DNA of 64,000 nucleotides from Planctomycetota bacterium (GTDB lineage Bacteria; Planctomycetota; Phycisphaerae; UBA1845). The stretch spans positions 93,957-157,956 of the forward strand of contig JACQXM010000053.1 of assembly GCA_016208685.1 (NCBI GenBank), given 5' to 3'. Positions 18,707 to 29,500 of the stretch are shown here, one piece after another; position 1 is the stretch's first letter; the number at the start of each line of letters is the position of its first letter. The position numbers and the translations under genes are program-made. Under the pieces are notes generated by a model. The model worked only from the letters and a program-made list of their open reading frames with translations, was not told the origin of the DNA and did not search any database.

Positions 18707-20156
18707 CGGGCTCTCCCAGCAGAATCAGTGCGTAAAACATCGCCGCGTACGCCGCCCCACGTGCGACCGGCGAGATGCGCAGCAGAGCGTTCAGGTCGCC
18801 GCCCCGCCGCTGCAGGAGCTGGACCGCAAGCAGCGGCACCCCGCAATACAACAGCAGCGTCACGCCGCTACCGCGGAAGGCGTCCAACCCCTGGGCGATC
18901 CAGACAGGAACCGAGCCTGCCACAAGTCCGGCATAAGCCGCCGCCTGCGCGCAACCCTCGGCGCGGAACAGCAGCCATCCCCCACAGGTCACATGAAAAA
19001 ACACAAGCACGGCGAGGCAGCGCCCGATCATCAGACCCCAACGCGGCCAGCCGCGCACCCGAGCCGCGAACCAGGGTTCGGCATGTTTGTAGGCAATCAG
19101 CAACAGCCCGTGATAGAGCCCCCAGGCGACGAAGGTCCAGGCCGCCCCGTGCCAGAGCCCACCCAGGAGCATCGTAACCAGCAGATTGATGCAGGTCCGC
19201 GTCGCGCCGCGGCGGTTGCCGCCCAGGGGAATGTAGAGGTAATCGCGCAGCCACGAGGAGAGGCTGATGTGCCAGCGCTGCCAGAACTCCGAGGGCGTCG
19301 CTGCAAAATAGGGCAGGTTGAAGTTGAGTCGCAGCTCGAAGCCCATGGTCTTGGCGCAGCCGCGCGCGATGTCCGAATAGCCCGAAAAGTCGCAATAGAT
19401 CTGCACGGAGAAGGCGTACACCGCCACGAGCACCGCTGCCCCACCCGCGCCCGGCCCGCCGCTGAACACGCCGTCCACGAGCCCGGCCAGCTTGTCGGCT
19501 ATCACCACCTTCTTGAACAGCCCCCAGAAGACAAGGTAAACGCCCTCGTAGACCTGCCGGGCATCCAGCCGCCGCGGGCGCGAAACCTGGGGCAGGAAAT
19601 CCGCGGCGCGAACGATGGGCCCCGCAACAAGCTGCGGGAAGAAGGCTACGAACAACGCGAAGTCAAGCGGGCTGCGGCAGGCGCGCAGCTCGCCGCGATA
19701 CACATCGATGGTGTAGCTCATGGTCTGGAACGTGTAGAAGGAAATACCCACGGGCAACACGACGTGCAGCAGCGCCGGCCGGACCGGAACACCCAGCGAG
19801 GCGAGCGCCGCGGCGCAGCTTCCGGCAAAGAAGTCGTAGTACTTGAAGAAACCCAACACCCCCAGGTTGAACCCGACCGACGCCATCAGCAGCAGCCGTC
19901 GGCCGCCGTGCGAGAGGCGGTACGTCGCGTCAGACCCGGCCGCTCCCACCCGTAGATCCAGCAGCAGCCCGCAGGCAAAGTCCACTACCGTCGAGAGGAT
20001 CAACAGGCCCAGGAAACGCCAGTCCCACGAACCGTAGAAGTAGTAGCTGGCAACCAGCAACAGCGCGTTCTGCAACCCCAGGCGGCGCATGGTAAGTACA
20101 TACGCCGCATAGGTGACGGCGAAGAAACCGGCGAACACGAAGCTGTTGAAGAGCAT
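18675..20156 (-). CDS. MBOAT O-acyltransferase (AlgI/DltB family)
   Basis: LPVGISFYTFQTMSY, YCDFSGYSDIA, FWQRWHISLSSWLRDYLYIPLGG, GLWHGA. Confidence 0.95.
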   Translation of the reverse strand: MLFNSFVFAGFFAVTYAAYVLTMRRLGLQNALLLVASYYFYGSWDWRFLGLLILSTVVDFACGLLLDLRVGAAGSDATYRLSHGGRRLLLMASVGFNLGVLGFFKYYDFFAGSCAAALASLGVPVRPALLHVVLPVGISFYTFQTMSYTIDVYRGELRACRSPLDFALFVAFFPQLVAGPIVRAADFLPQVSRPRRLDARQVYEGVYLVFWGLFKKVVIADKLAGLVDGVFSGGPGAGGAAVLVAVYAFSVQIYCDFSGYSDIARGCAKTMGFELRLNFNLPYFAATPSEFWQRWHISLSSWLRDYLYIPLGGNRRGATRTCINLLVTMLLGGLWHGAAWTFVAWGLYHGLLLIAYKHAEPWFAARVRGWPRWGLMIGRCLAVLVFFHVTCGGWLLFRAEGCAQAAAYAGLVAGSVPVWIAQGLDAFRGSGVTLLLYCGVPLLAVQLLQRRGGDLNALLRISPVARGAAYAAMFYALILLGEPVGKPFIYFQF

Positions 20157-20440
20157 GGGTAAAGGGCTTTCGTGCGCGCCGCGCCGCGGTCGGGGGTTTC
20201 CCGAGGCCCACCCGCGTAGTCATGCCAGCCCCGCCGCAGGCCGTAACGCCCCGACCTGCGACGGCAGGTTCCGACAAACGCCGGAGCGGACTCAGTCGCG
20301 CTGCTTGGGGCGCGGCCCTCCCGTGGTAGCACCGCCGGAACATGCGTTAACGGAATATCGGACGGGACTGGCGGCCGATTGAGGGCCGGCCGGAGGGCCA
20401 CTCGCGCCGTCCCCCCCGCGCGGCCCTTGCGCCCAAGGTG

Positions 20441-21055
20441 TCACCCGGACGTCGCGGGAACGTCGGACCGGGCCTCGCCCCAACGCGTGTTCAGGGCGTG
20501 CGACACGCCGACGAGGTCCAGCAGCTTGCCCACCACGAAGTCAACCAGGTCGTCGATACCCGCCGGGCGCATGTAGAAACCCGGGCATGCCGGGCAGATC
20601 ACCGCGCCCGCCTCGCTGAGCCGCAACGCATTGGAAAGTTCGATGCGGCTCATGGGCATCTCCCGCGGGACGAGCACCAGGCGGCGCATCTCCTTGAGCG
20701 TCACCGCCGCGGCGCGGTCCAGGAGGTTGTCCGCCAGTCCCGCCGCAATCGCCGCCAGCGTGTTGCTGCTACACGGGCAGACGATCATCCCCCCGGTTAG
20801 AAACCCCCCGGAGGCGATCAGCGCCCCGACATCGCGATAGGCGTGCAGGATGAGACGATCACTGGCGTGGCCCAGGAGCGATTCAGCGGAAACCTCCGGA
20901 ATATCCAGCTCGTCCGCCAGAAGCTGCCGGCCATGCGGCGTCACCACCAGGTGGACGTCAACCTCCGCGGCGCACAGGCACTCCACCAGCCGGCGGGCGT
21001 AGATGGCCCCACTGGCGCCGGTGATGCCCACGACAATTCGCTTTCGGTTCACCAT
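20441..21055 (-). CDS. ubiX: Flavin prenyltransferase UbiX
   Basis: VVGITGASG, IASG, PCSSNTL, LVPREMP, PGFY. Confidence 0.93.
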   Translation of the reverse strand: MVNRKRIVVGITGASGAIYARRLVECLCAAEVDVHLVVTPHGRQLLADELDIPEVSAESLLGHASDRLILHAYRDVGALIASGGFLTGGMIVCPCSSNTLAAIAAGLADNLLDRAAAVTLKEMRRLVLVPREMPMSRIELSNALRLSEAGAVICPACPGFYMRPAGIDDLVDFVVGKLLDLVGVSHALNTRWGEARSDVPATSG

Positions 21056-22941
21056 CCCGTCGACCGCTGCCTTTCCGCCGCCGAATTCCGGGGATCCAGC
21101 CGGCGAGATTCGGCGGCACGTGCCGCCCAGAACGTATCAGGAAATCGCGCCATCAACTCCGCGAACGCTGCCGCACTCCTGTCCCGTTGCCCCAGGTCCC
21201 GGCAGGCGACGGCCAGCCGGAAGAGCGCTTCGGGTGCCGCGTCGCCCTCCGGCGCGTCGCGCAAACACGCCTCCAGGCGTTCGATCCTCGACGGCAGCAA
21301 ATAAGTTCCCTTGGCCTCCTCCAAGCGGAGGTTGTCGTCGAGCTTGCCGTTGGGGTAGGCGTCCCGCAGACGTTGCAGGTTTTCTCCCAGTCGCTCGTCG
21401 CGCGGGTCCAGGTCCAGCAGGCCGAACCAGGGATCCGCGGCCGGCTTCCGCGGGCCGGTGAGTGGCGCGAACCCGTAGAGAGGATCGTCGTTATCCGTCA
21501 GCAGTCGACGCAGCCACTCGACTTCCATGCGCAGCCGCTCGACGGGGAGTTCCAGGGTGCTGCGTGCCTCCTCGGGGGCGGATTCCGGCCCCGGCTGCGC
21601 GGGCTGTAGCCGGGTGGCGGCGCGTGACAATCGCTCCAGCGCGCGGTCGACTTCGCCGGCGCGGGCATCCAGTTGGGCCAGCCGCAACTCCGCCAGCGCG
21701 GCGAGCGGAGTCTCGCCGCCGTGTTCGGCGAGCATACGCCAGGACTCGCGCGACGCGGGACCGGGAAAGTCGTCGTAAAAGCGGATCCACTTCGTGCGGC
21801 GAAACTCGCCGGGGTCGATCCGCAGATCGAGCGCTCGCGCCTTCAGGTAGAGCACGTGCAGCGCGTACCGGCTGTCCGGGAAGTACTTGCGGAACCAGTC
21901 GCAGCGGTACGCCAACTCCGCCTGGTTGCGCGTCAGCAACGAGCGGAAGGACCCCACGTCCGCGGACAGTCCGAAGAGCCACTGCCGCCCGGCCGTCGCC
22001 TCGATGCTCCGCGGATCGCGGCTGCGCAACGGTCGCCGCTCCCACATCTCCTCCATCGCCTTCTCTATATCCAACGACGTGTCAACGTCCAGGAAGTAGG
22101 CGCGGCTCATCGATTCCAACAGGCGGTAGTACAGCTCGTCGCGCCCCACGTGAAACTCGAATAGTCCCACCGGCAGGCCGAACATCAGGGCGAGCAGCGG
22201 CGTCGTGGCGCCGGGGCGATAGTCCACGACCTTGGCGATGAGCAGCACGATGGCGAACACCGCCGTCGAGGCCACGATCGCCAGCACCCAGGGTGCGACG
22301 AACTTGATCCGATCCACCGGGTCGATATCGCCGGCCACCAGGTCCGCCGTACCCCGCCACGCAAGAATCAGGTAGACCACGGCGGGCACCAGCCCGAACA
22401 ACGCCGACATGAACCTCACCCGGGAACGAAACGGTCGCACCGAAGCGATCACGCACGAGCCCAGCAACGTAATCGCCAGCCACGGCATCACCGCCAGCAG
22501 CCCCACGATGGCGATGAACGGCAGGCTGGACCAGAAGCGGTAGAGAATCGAAACCAGAATGGGGATGGAAATCAGGGCGGCCATCAGCAGCCCCGCGACC
22601 CAGATCTGCATCTCCACCTGCTGCACGTTGATGGGCTCCAGGAGCAGCGACCCCAGCGTAACGCTGGTCCTCCGGCCGAACTGGAACGTCCGTGCGATCT
22701 GCTCCCAGTATCCCTCCAGGGAAGGAGCGAAGACCACGCCGCTGCGCAGCCAGAAGGCGAACGTCCCGACCCCGGCGAAAAGCAGCACGTTCACCGAAAG
22801 CAGCACGATGGATCGAATGCGGTACTTGGAGCCCGACCGTGACCAGACGTCCTTCAGGACGAACGGTTCGCGGGGCGCCGGATCGACGTGCAAGGCCGGA
22901 GGGCGTGCTTCCGCGGCGGTCTGAAACGCAGTGCCGGACAT
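21049..22941 (-). CDS. Multi-pass membrane protein with C-terminal TPR-like domain
   Basis: About 7 hydrophobic segments, then EALFRLA...LMARFPDTFWA TPR-like helices; lies between ubiE and ubiX. Confidence 0.75.
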   Translation of the reverse strand: MSGTAFQTAAEARPPALHVDPAPREPFVLKDVWSRSGSKYRIRSIVLLSVNVLLFAGVGTFAFWLRSGVVFAPSLEGYWEQIARTFQFGRRTSVTLGSLLLEPINVQQVEMQIWVAGLLMAALISIPILVSILYRFWSSLPFIAIVGLLAVMPWLAITLLGSCVIASVRPFRSRVRFMSALFGLVPAVVYLILAWRGTADLVAGDIDPVDRIKFVAPWVLAIVASTAVFAIVLLIAKVVDYRPGATTPLLALMFGLPVGLFEFHVGRDELYYRLLESMSRAYFLDVDTSLDIEKAMEEMWERRPLRSRDPRSIEATAGRQWLFGLSADVGSFRSLLTRNQAELAYRCDWFRKYFPDSRYALHVLYLKARALDLRIDPGEFRRTKWIRFYDDFPGPASRESWRMLAEHGGETPLAALAELRLAQLDARAGEVDRALERLSRAATRLQPAQPGPESAPEEARSTLELPVERLRMEVEWLRRLLTDNDDPLYGFAPLTGPRKPAADPWFGLLDLDPRDERLGENLQRLRDAYPNGKLDDNLRLEEAKGTYLLPSRIERLEACLRDAPEGDAAPEALFRLAVACRDLGQRDRSAAAFAELMARFPDTFWAARAAESRRLDPRNSAAERQRSTGW

Positions 22942-23037
22942 CGTTGGGTGTCTGCGCGGCGCGATGGTCCTCGCGCGGCCGGATCGAGTCGCCTCTCGGC
23001 TCGCCGCCCCGCGGGCGAATGCCGCGACTGCGGCGCT

Positions 23038-23793
23038 TCAATACCGCTCCGGCGAATCCCGCACCGCGACGTACACCGTCACGATGCCGAAGGTCAGCGG
23101 TGTGGCGCTCGACCGCGAAAACCCGGCGCGCCGCAGTTGCGATTGCATCGCTTCAACGCCCGGAAACGATACCACCGACTTGGGAAGGTAGCGATACGCC
23201 CCGGTACGGTCGCGCGCCACCAGCGAAGCGCCCCACGGCATGAGGCGTCCGGCATAGAACTCGTACAGGCAACGAACGATCGCGTTGTCCGGACGTGTGA
23301 ACTCGAGGATCACCGCCCGCCCCCCCGGGCGGAGCACGCGGTGCATCTCCGCCAGCCCGGCGCCGAGGTCCTGGAGATTTCGAACCCCGAAAGCGCACGA
23401 CACCACGGAAAACGACCTATCGGCGAAGGGAAGGTGCAGGGCATCCGCCTGGAGCCAGCGAAGGGGTGTACCGGAGCGCCCGGCGGCCAGGCGGAGCATC
23501 GCCGCCGCAAAGTCGCAGCCCACCACGCGCCGACACCCGGCGGCCGCGAAGCTCCGCGCGAAATCACCAGTCCCGCACGCGACGTCCAGCACTTCGTCCA
23601 CGACACCGGCGCCGGAAAGCGCTACGGCCCGACGGCGCCAATACCGGTCCCGCCCGGCGCTGAAGACGGTGTTCACCAATTCATAGCGTGGCGCGATGGC
23701 GTCAAACATCCGCCGCACCCGCCCCGCCTTGTCCGCCGCCTCGTGCGGTACGTCGAGTAGCTCCTCTGTCCAAACAGGATCGCCGGCGCCCAT
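23038..23793 (-). CDS. ubiE: Menaquinone/ubiquinone methyltransferase UbiE/MenG
   Basis: VRRMFDAIAPRYELVN, LDVACGTGD, FGVRN, AYRYLPKSV. Confidence 0.92.
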   Translation of the reverse strand: MGAGDPVWTEELLDVPHEAADKAGRVRRMFDAIAPRYELVNTVFSAGRDRYWRRRAVALSGAGVVDEVLDVACGTGDFARSFAAAGCRRVVGCDFAAAMLRLAAGRSGTPLRWLQADALHLPFADRSFSVVSCAFGVRNLQDLGAGLAEMHRVLRPGGRAVILEFTRPDNAIVRCLYEFYAGRLMPWGASLVARDRTGAYRYLPKSVVSFPGVEAMQSQLRRAGFSRSSATPLTFGIVTVYVAVRDSPERY

Positions 23794-24098
23794 GCCTTCC
23801 TCACCTCTCGGCCCGACTGCGGGTCCCGACGGCATGGTACAAGATATGCCGCGGCGGGCGCAGCCGGCCCGACGGCGCAATTCGGTTGGCCGCCCTCGAT
23901 TCGGCCCCGTGCGAACCGGCCGCCAAGCCACGCCACGTTTCAGGCCTCATAAAACCGGCGACGCCGACCGGCGACCGCGGCCGCCGGCGCCCTGCCGACT
24001 TAAGGCGTATACCGTGGGCTTGGAGGCAATCGTATCCGATAGTTCGATAGGAGTGCCCGGACGAGACGAGTGGCCGGGCTCTCCAAGGGAGGCGGACC

Positions 24099-25049
24099 GT
24101 GCCAACGACTGCAAGCGACCCTCGGACCGTGACCGGGCCGGGGCCAACCGACACGCCGGAGCAGTTCTACCAGGCCCTGCTCGACGAGTTGAACGACGGC
24201 GTTTACTTCGTCGACCCCAACCGGCGCATCACCTTCTGGAACAAAGGCGCGGAGCGCATTACCGGCTTTGCGGCTGCCGAAGTGGTGGGCAAACGCTGCC
24301 TGGACAACATCCTGGTACACGTCGATGAAGCGGGCACTTCGCTGTGCCTGGGCAGCTGCCCGCTCGCAGCCACCATGCGCGACGGCAAGCGGCGGGCCAC
24401 GCGGGTGTACTTGCGACACAAGGACGGCCACCGCCTGCCGGTGTGGACCCGAACCGCCCCCCTGTTCAGCCGCTTCGGCCAACTACTGGGCGGTGTGGAG
24501 ACGTTCGGCGACGCCGCGCGACATGACGCCGATGTCGAACGGCTCCGCAAATTCGCGCGGCTGGCGCTGGTGGACACGCTCACCGGGATTCCCAACCGGC
24601 GGTACCTGGAGAGCGTGCTCGCGGCGCGGTTCGCGGAGTGCAAGGACGCGCCCGTGCCGTTCGGGATCATCCTCATCGACGTCGACCACTTCAAAAGGTT
24701 CAACGATGTGCACGGTCACGACGTCGGCGACCGCGCGCTGCGCGTAGTGGCCGAGACATTGGCCGCCAGCGGCGGCGTGGGCGTCAGCGTCGGACGCTGG
24801 GGAGGCGAGGAGTTTCTCGCCGTCGTGTCCCGCGAGTGCGTGGATGATCTGCAGGCAGTGGCGAACCGATACCTGCTTCTGGTGCGGGCCTCGAGCGTCG
24901 AAGTGGGCGACACGCGCCTGGGCGTGACCGTCTCCCTCGGCGCCACCCTGGCGCACTCCGGCGACGACGCGGCCGGCCTCATCCGCCGCGCCGACGAGTG
25001 CCTCTACAAGAGCAAGGCGACGCGGAACTGCCTGACCTTCAATCCGTAA
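24099..25049 (+). CDS. PAS-GGDEF diguanylate cyclase
   Basis: PAS (FWNKGAERITG), DTLTGIPNRR, DVDHFKRFND..GH..GD, RWGGEEF. Confidence 0.92.
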   Translation: MPTTASDPRTVTGPGPTDTPEQFYQALLDELNDGVYFVDPNRRITFWNKGAERITGFAAAEVVGKRCLDNILVHVDEAGTSLCLGSCPLAATMRDGKRRATRVYLRHKDGHRLPVWTRTAPLFSRFGQLLGGVETFGDAARHDADVERLRKFARLALVDTLTGIPNRRYLESVLAARFAECKDAPVPFGIILIDVDHFKRFNDVHGHDVGDRALRVVAETLAASGGVGVSVGRWGGEEFLAVVSRECVDDLQAVANRYLLLVRASSVEVGDTRLGVTVSLGATLAHSGDDAAGLIRRADECLYKSKATRNCLTFNP

Positions 25050-25119
25050 GCTCTACACCTACCCGTGGCGAGCGGATGTAGCCGCCTCGGGTCCTGCCAT
25101 CGCGGGCCGCGCACACGGT

Positions 25120-26505
25120 TCATGTCGGCCGCCATCGGGCGCGCAGCTCCTCCCGAATCCGCGCCAGGATCGACTCGCGATCCAGTGAATCCAGAATGTG
25201 CTGCACCACCGTCCGCGGTCCGGCAGGACCCCAGGAGGCGCCGTTGCGCAGGTATATCTTCGTCGCCTCGCCGATGACCCGCGAGCCGTAACCCGCCGCG
25301 AAGGCCTGGATCGGCGCTACCGATGCGTAGGCGGCCGCCGTCGCCCCGCCCGTCAGCAGCGTGGTGGCGGCGAAGAAACTCTTGGCGGCGCCGATGAGAA
25401 AGTGCGTCCCTACCTCGGTGGCGGTGAACAGCCCCGCCATCTTGCCGATCTCGACCACCAGGCGTCCCACGCCCACCCGAGTCATGGGAATGCCGTAAAG
25501 CCGCGCCAGCGCGAAGACCATGGCGATGTCGGTGGCAACCCCGCCGGCCACGTCGGCGACCGCGACCGGGTTGCACGCCACCGCCGCCGCCTTGGCGAGC
25601 GTGAAGCGCCAAACCAGCGAATCGGCCGCGGCATCCCGCAGCTCCATCCGCCGCCGAACGATCTGCTCGTTCAGATCGTCGAGGAACAGCATGCTGTTCA
25701 GCGCCGCCAGCGCCTGCCCCTCGCGTTCCAGCACCTCGAGCATTTTGAGCTTCAGCGGCGTCACCAGGGGTGGCGGCGTTTCCCACGTTTCGGCAGTGGT
25801 GCCGTCGGCTTGACGCATGAGGACCTTCGCGGCGCGAGGCCGCGCCGCGGCGAGCACCACGTCGTCCGGCGCCAGCAGGTCGCGCACGCGCTCGCCGCGT
25901 ATCTTGTCGTGGATCTTCTGCCGGTCGGCCTCGGGGTAAAGATCGATCATGTTGAAGACGAGGATGATCGGCTTGTTGAGCTTACGCAGCTCGGCGAGTG
26001 CCTCCAGCTCCGGGCGCACCATGTCGCCGGAGACCACGAACAGCAGCAGGTCCGCGCGGCGGGCGATCTGCTCCGCGAGTTGGGCACGGGCCTCGCCGCC
26101 GATTTCATTGAGACCCGGCGTGTCGATCAGTTCCACCGTCGGCCCGGCGTCGCTGGCGGCGGAGAAGCTGCGCACTGCTCCGCCGGCCACCGTCTCGAGC
26201 CTGGGCTCCCAGCGCACCGACTGCCGCTCACGCGTGGTGCCGTGCGTGGGACCGACTTCGAACACCTCCCGCCCAATGAGAGCATTGAGCAATGCCGATT
26301 TGCCTCGCGAAACCATCCCGAACACCGCCACGTGGATCACGCCCTCCTCGAGCCGCCGCATCATCGTTTCGACCTCGCGAACGTGATCGGCAAATCGGGC
26401 GCGATCTGCCGGGTCGAGCTCCAGCGAGGCGATGACCTCGGCGAGGCTGGTCTTCGCTCGTTCCAGAATCAGCTCCCGCGGCGCGTCCGGTTCGTGGGTG
26501 GTCAT
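25120..26505 (-). CDS. Era-like GTPase with DUF697 domain
   Basis: G1 GMVSRGKS, G3 DTPG, G4 NMID; hydrophobic C-terminal domain ending GPRTVV..IL. Confidence 0.85.
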   Translation of the reverse strand: MTTHEPDAPRELILERAKTSLAEVIASLELDPADRARFADHVREVETMMRRLEEGVIHVAVFGMVSRGKSALLNALIGREVFEVGPTHGTTRERQSVRWEPRLETVAGGAVRSFSAASDAGPTVELIDTPGLNEIGGEARAQLAEQIARRADLLLFVVSGDMVRPELEALAELRKLNKPIILVFNMIDLYPEADRQKIHDKIRGERVRDLLAPDDVVLAAARPRAAKVLMRQADGTTAETWETPPPLVTPLKLKMLEVLEREGQALAALNSMLFLDDLNEQIVRRRMELRDAAADSLVWRFTLAKAAAVACNPVAVADVAGGVATDIAMVFALARLYGIPMTRVGVGRLVVEIGKMAGLFTATEVGTHFLIGAAKSFFAATTLLTGGATAAAYASVAPIQAFAAGYGSRVIGEATKIYLRNGASWGPAGPRTVVQHILDSLDRESILARIREELRARWRPT

Positions 26506-28076
26506 GGCGGCCCGCTCCCTGCTCCGCGTGGCGGCGCAGTTTCCTGGCCGGCGGTTGAGGGCTTGAGAATGTGCTCCGCCGTCTGACGCAGGAACTCGGC
26601 GACGAACTCTCCACGCCGCTGAAGCTCAAAACGCCGCTCGATGGCGCCCTGCATGCCGCCCTCGCCCCAATCCTGGTCGTGGGCGAAGTACTCGATAAAC
26701 GCATCCCCGGCAAGGCGGGTGAGGTAAGCTCCGGCAACCGCTTCCAGCGCCCCGCCGGCCACCCAGCCGACCACGGAGGCCTTCAGCGCTTTGCCCAGTA
26801 CCTCCGTCGCCAGACCTACGACACCCAGCTTGATCATCACCTGCGCCAATTCGCGGGCCATGCGCTTGGCAACGTCGGCGCCCACCGCAACCCCGAACAA
26901 CTTCGCTACTTCGCATACCATCTGGTAGTTGATTGCCGCCGCGGCGAGCGCCCCCAGGCCGGGAACGGGGTTGACGAACAACACGCCCGCCGTCGTCCAG
27001 GTGAATCGCGAAACCACTGCCTGCGCCTGCTGCGCGCGGGCGGCGTGAATGGCCTCGCGCGCCTTGTCCGAGAGCCGTTTGGCTCGAAGGAGCACGTTCG
27101 CCGCCAGAAGCGACCTGCCTTCCAGCCGCAGGACCGCCGCCAGCCGCTCCGCCAGGTCCCCGACGTCGGCGGCCGGTGTCTGGCTGTGAGTCCCGGAAGG
27201 GCCGCGGACGGTCACCGCGGCCGGGGCCGCGGCACAAACCACCACGTCGGCGGCGGCAATGAAGTCGCGCACCCGCTCGCGCAACCGCGCGGTGATCGCA
27301 ACACAGTCGTCCTCGCGATAGAGGTCGCGCTTGTTGAACGCCAGTACCGCGCGCTTCCCCAGCCGCGCGAGGGCCGCCAGCGGGCGGAACTCGATCTCGC
27401 GCAGGTCCTGATCGACGACAAAGAGCAACAAGTCGGCAGCGATCGCCAACTCGCGGGCGCGGTCCTCACGCATGGCCCCCGCCGCCCCGATCTCCGACAA
27501 GCCCGGCGTGTCGATCAGGCGCAGGCGCCCTTCGCTTAAGCCGTCGATCGAATATTCAAACTCTTCGCCGTCCTTCGTGGTTCCCAGAACCGGATCGGTC
27601 GCACCGGCCGGGCGCCCCAGAAGCGCGTTGATCACCGAGGTCTTCCCCGCCGAACCCGTGCCGAACACCACGATCGTATAGCGCCGGGCCGCAAGGTCCT
27701 CCGCCACCGTCCCCAGCTCAGCCGATAGAGCGCGACGTGCGACTTCGTCCGAGATCAACGCAATCTGACGCTCGGCGGCGGCAAGGCTCTGCGCCGCCGC
27801 GGCGACTGGATCCGAAGCAACTGCGGCCTCAGGCAGGCGCCGGCGGTCCGCCCTTCCCGCCGTCCAGACAAAGCGCAGGCCCAGACACAGAAGCAACAGG
27901 AGAACGACGAGCACCGCCGCCACCAGGCCCGACGCAAGCCGCGGCGAGATCGCCGAAAGCCGGGCATGCAGGTCGTTAAGGGACGTCAGAACCCAACCGA
28001 GCAGTGCGAGCCCGACGACGGACGTGAGCACGCCGGACCAGATGGCGACCGTCGATCTGCCTCCGGCGCGTTTCAT
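26502..28076 (-). CDS. Membrane-anchored Era-like GTPase with DUF697 domain
   Basis: Two N-terminal TMs, GTGSAGKT, DTPG, NKRD, QDWGEGG. Confidence 0.85.
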   Translation of the reverse strand: MKRAGGRSTVAIWSGVLTSVVGLALLGWVLTSLNDLHARLSAISPRLASGLVAAVLVVLLLLLCLGLRFVWTAGRADRRRLPEAAVASDPVAAAAQSLAAAERQIALISDEVARRALSAELGTVAEDLAARRYTIVVFGTGSAGKTSVINALLGRPAGATDPVLGTTKDGEEFEYSIDGLSEGRLRLIDTPGLSEIGAAGAMREDRARELAIAADLLLFVVDQDLREIEFRPLAALARLGKRAVLAFNKRDLYREDDCVAITARLRERVRDFIAAADVVVCAAAPAAVTVRGPSGTHSQTPAADVGDLAERLAAVLRLEGRSLLAANVLLRAKRLSDKAREAIHAARAQQAQAVVSRFTWTTAGVLFVNPVPGLGALAAAAINYQMVCEVAKLFGVAVGADVAKRMARELAQVMIKLGVVGLATEVLGKALKASVVGWVAGGALEAVAGAYLTRLAGDAFIEYFAHDQDWGEGGMQGAIERRFELQRRGEFVAEFLRQTAEHILKPSTAGQETAPPRGAGSGPP

Positions 28077-28295
28077 CAGCGGGTGGGAGCCTAACGCACC
28101 CATGATCTTTGAACAATTCGTTTCCCGCAACGCGATATTGCAGGCAGGCGGTTCTGCCGGCGCCCCCGCGCGTGTTCGACCCTGTGCGCAGCGTCACCGC
28201 CCGGTTGGAACACGACCGGCAACCGGTTGCCGCCGGATGGGATGTGCGTATGTCACGCCGCGTGCCGCCGGTAAGCGGCCGGCGTAGGTCCCTCG

Positions 28296-28757
28296 CTATT
28301 GCGACGATCCAGGCACCGACAGATCGGCGTTCACCAGGTCCACGCGGCCGGGAAGCGCCACCGCGTAGAACTCGTAACAGGTGGACCAATGGACGGCCAG
28401 GGTGGCGTATACCATGAGTATCACCATGGCCCCCAGCTCCGCGACCCGCGCGGTCCGGAACTTAAGCAGGGGGTAACTGCCGATCAGCACCAGCCCCACC
28501 TTGTAGAGCAGAACCGTGACCGGACCGAGCCCCAGCAGGTACCGGGCGAAAGGGTTCTCTTCGTGGAGCAGCCCCTGCTCGTGGGAGAGCAGAGTCAGCG
28601 CCAGGTCGAAGGCGTTGAGCAGCCAGATCCCCGCCACCAGGCAGATCACGCGGTGGGAACGCGATTCCGCGGCCCAGTGAATGAGCCGTCCCCACCAGCC
28701 AGTGGCGCGCGGTTCGGGCGCCAAGCCCGCCAAAGGAGTCGTCTGGCAAACAGCCAT
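28296..28757 (-). CDS. DUF5658-like small membrane protein
   Basis: LLNAFDLALT...EENPFA...LLYK. Confidence 0.75.
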   Translation of the reverse strand: MAVCQTTPLAGLAPEPRATGWWGRLIHWAAESRSHRVICLVAGIWLLNAFDLALTLLSHEQGLLHEENPFARYLLGLGPVTVLLYKVGLVLIGSYPLLKFRTARVAELGAMVILMVYATLAVHWSTCYEFYAVALPGRVDLVNADLSVPGSSQ

Positions 28758-28926
28758 GCCAACGATATCGGCTACGGATATCCCCCGCATGATGCGGCCT
28801 GAACCGCGCACCTCGCGCCGATAAAAGCTCGCTCACCGCCGCGCGGTCGCACCATTATCGGCAAGACGCGGTGCTGCCGCGGCTCGCCGTCGGCGCCCGC
28901 GCGCCTCGCGGGTATGATGCCGGACG

Positions 28927-29442
28927 ATGCCCCGTCGCCCGCGCCAGCTCAAGCTCTCCCACCTGTCGGCCGACGGCAGCGCCCGAATGGTCGACGTCTC
29001 CGGCAAGGCGGTGACGGTTCGCGAGGCCCGCGCCTCGGCGGCGGTGCGCATGCGTCCCGCCGTGCTCAGGGCGTTGCTGGCGGATGAGCTGCCCAAGGGC
29101 GATGCGTTGGCCGCGGCGCGGCTGGCGGGCGTGCTTGCCGCCAAGCGTACCGCGGAGTGGATTCCGCTGTGCCACCCGTTGCCGCTGGATTGGGTACACC
29201 TGGAATTCGCCCGCGCCGCCAGCGGCACCCTGGAGATCACCTGTACCGCCCGGACAACGGCGCGGACCGGCGTCGAGATGGAGGCGTTGGTAGGGGTCTC
29301 CGCGGCGGCGCTGACCATCTACGACATGGCCAAGGCCGCCGACAAGGGAATCGTCATCGGACCGATTCGCCTGGAGTACAAGTCCGGCGGCAAAAGCGGG
29401 ACCTATCGCGCGCCGGGTGTTTCAGCACCGTCCTCAACGTAG
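28927..29442 (+). CDS. moaC: Cyclic pyranopterin monophosphate synthase
   Basis: MVDVSGK, IPLCHPL, TGVEMEAL, IYDMAK, KSGGKSG. Confidence 0.97.
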   Translation: MPRRPRQLKLSHLSADGSARMVDVSGKAVTVREARASAAVRMRPAVLRALLADELPKGDALAAARLAGVLAAKRTAEWIPLCHPLPLDWVHLEFARAASGTLEITCTARTTARTGVEMEALVGVSAAALTIYDMAKAADKGIVIGPIRLEYKSGGKSGTYRAPGVSAPSST

Positions 29443-29500
29443 CGATGCGTTCCCGGCCCGGGCGGTGCGGGCGATTCGGTCGGATCACGGCAGCCCAATC

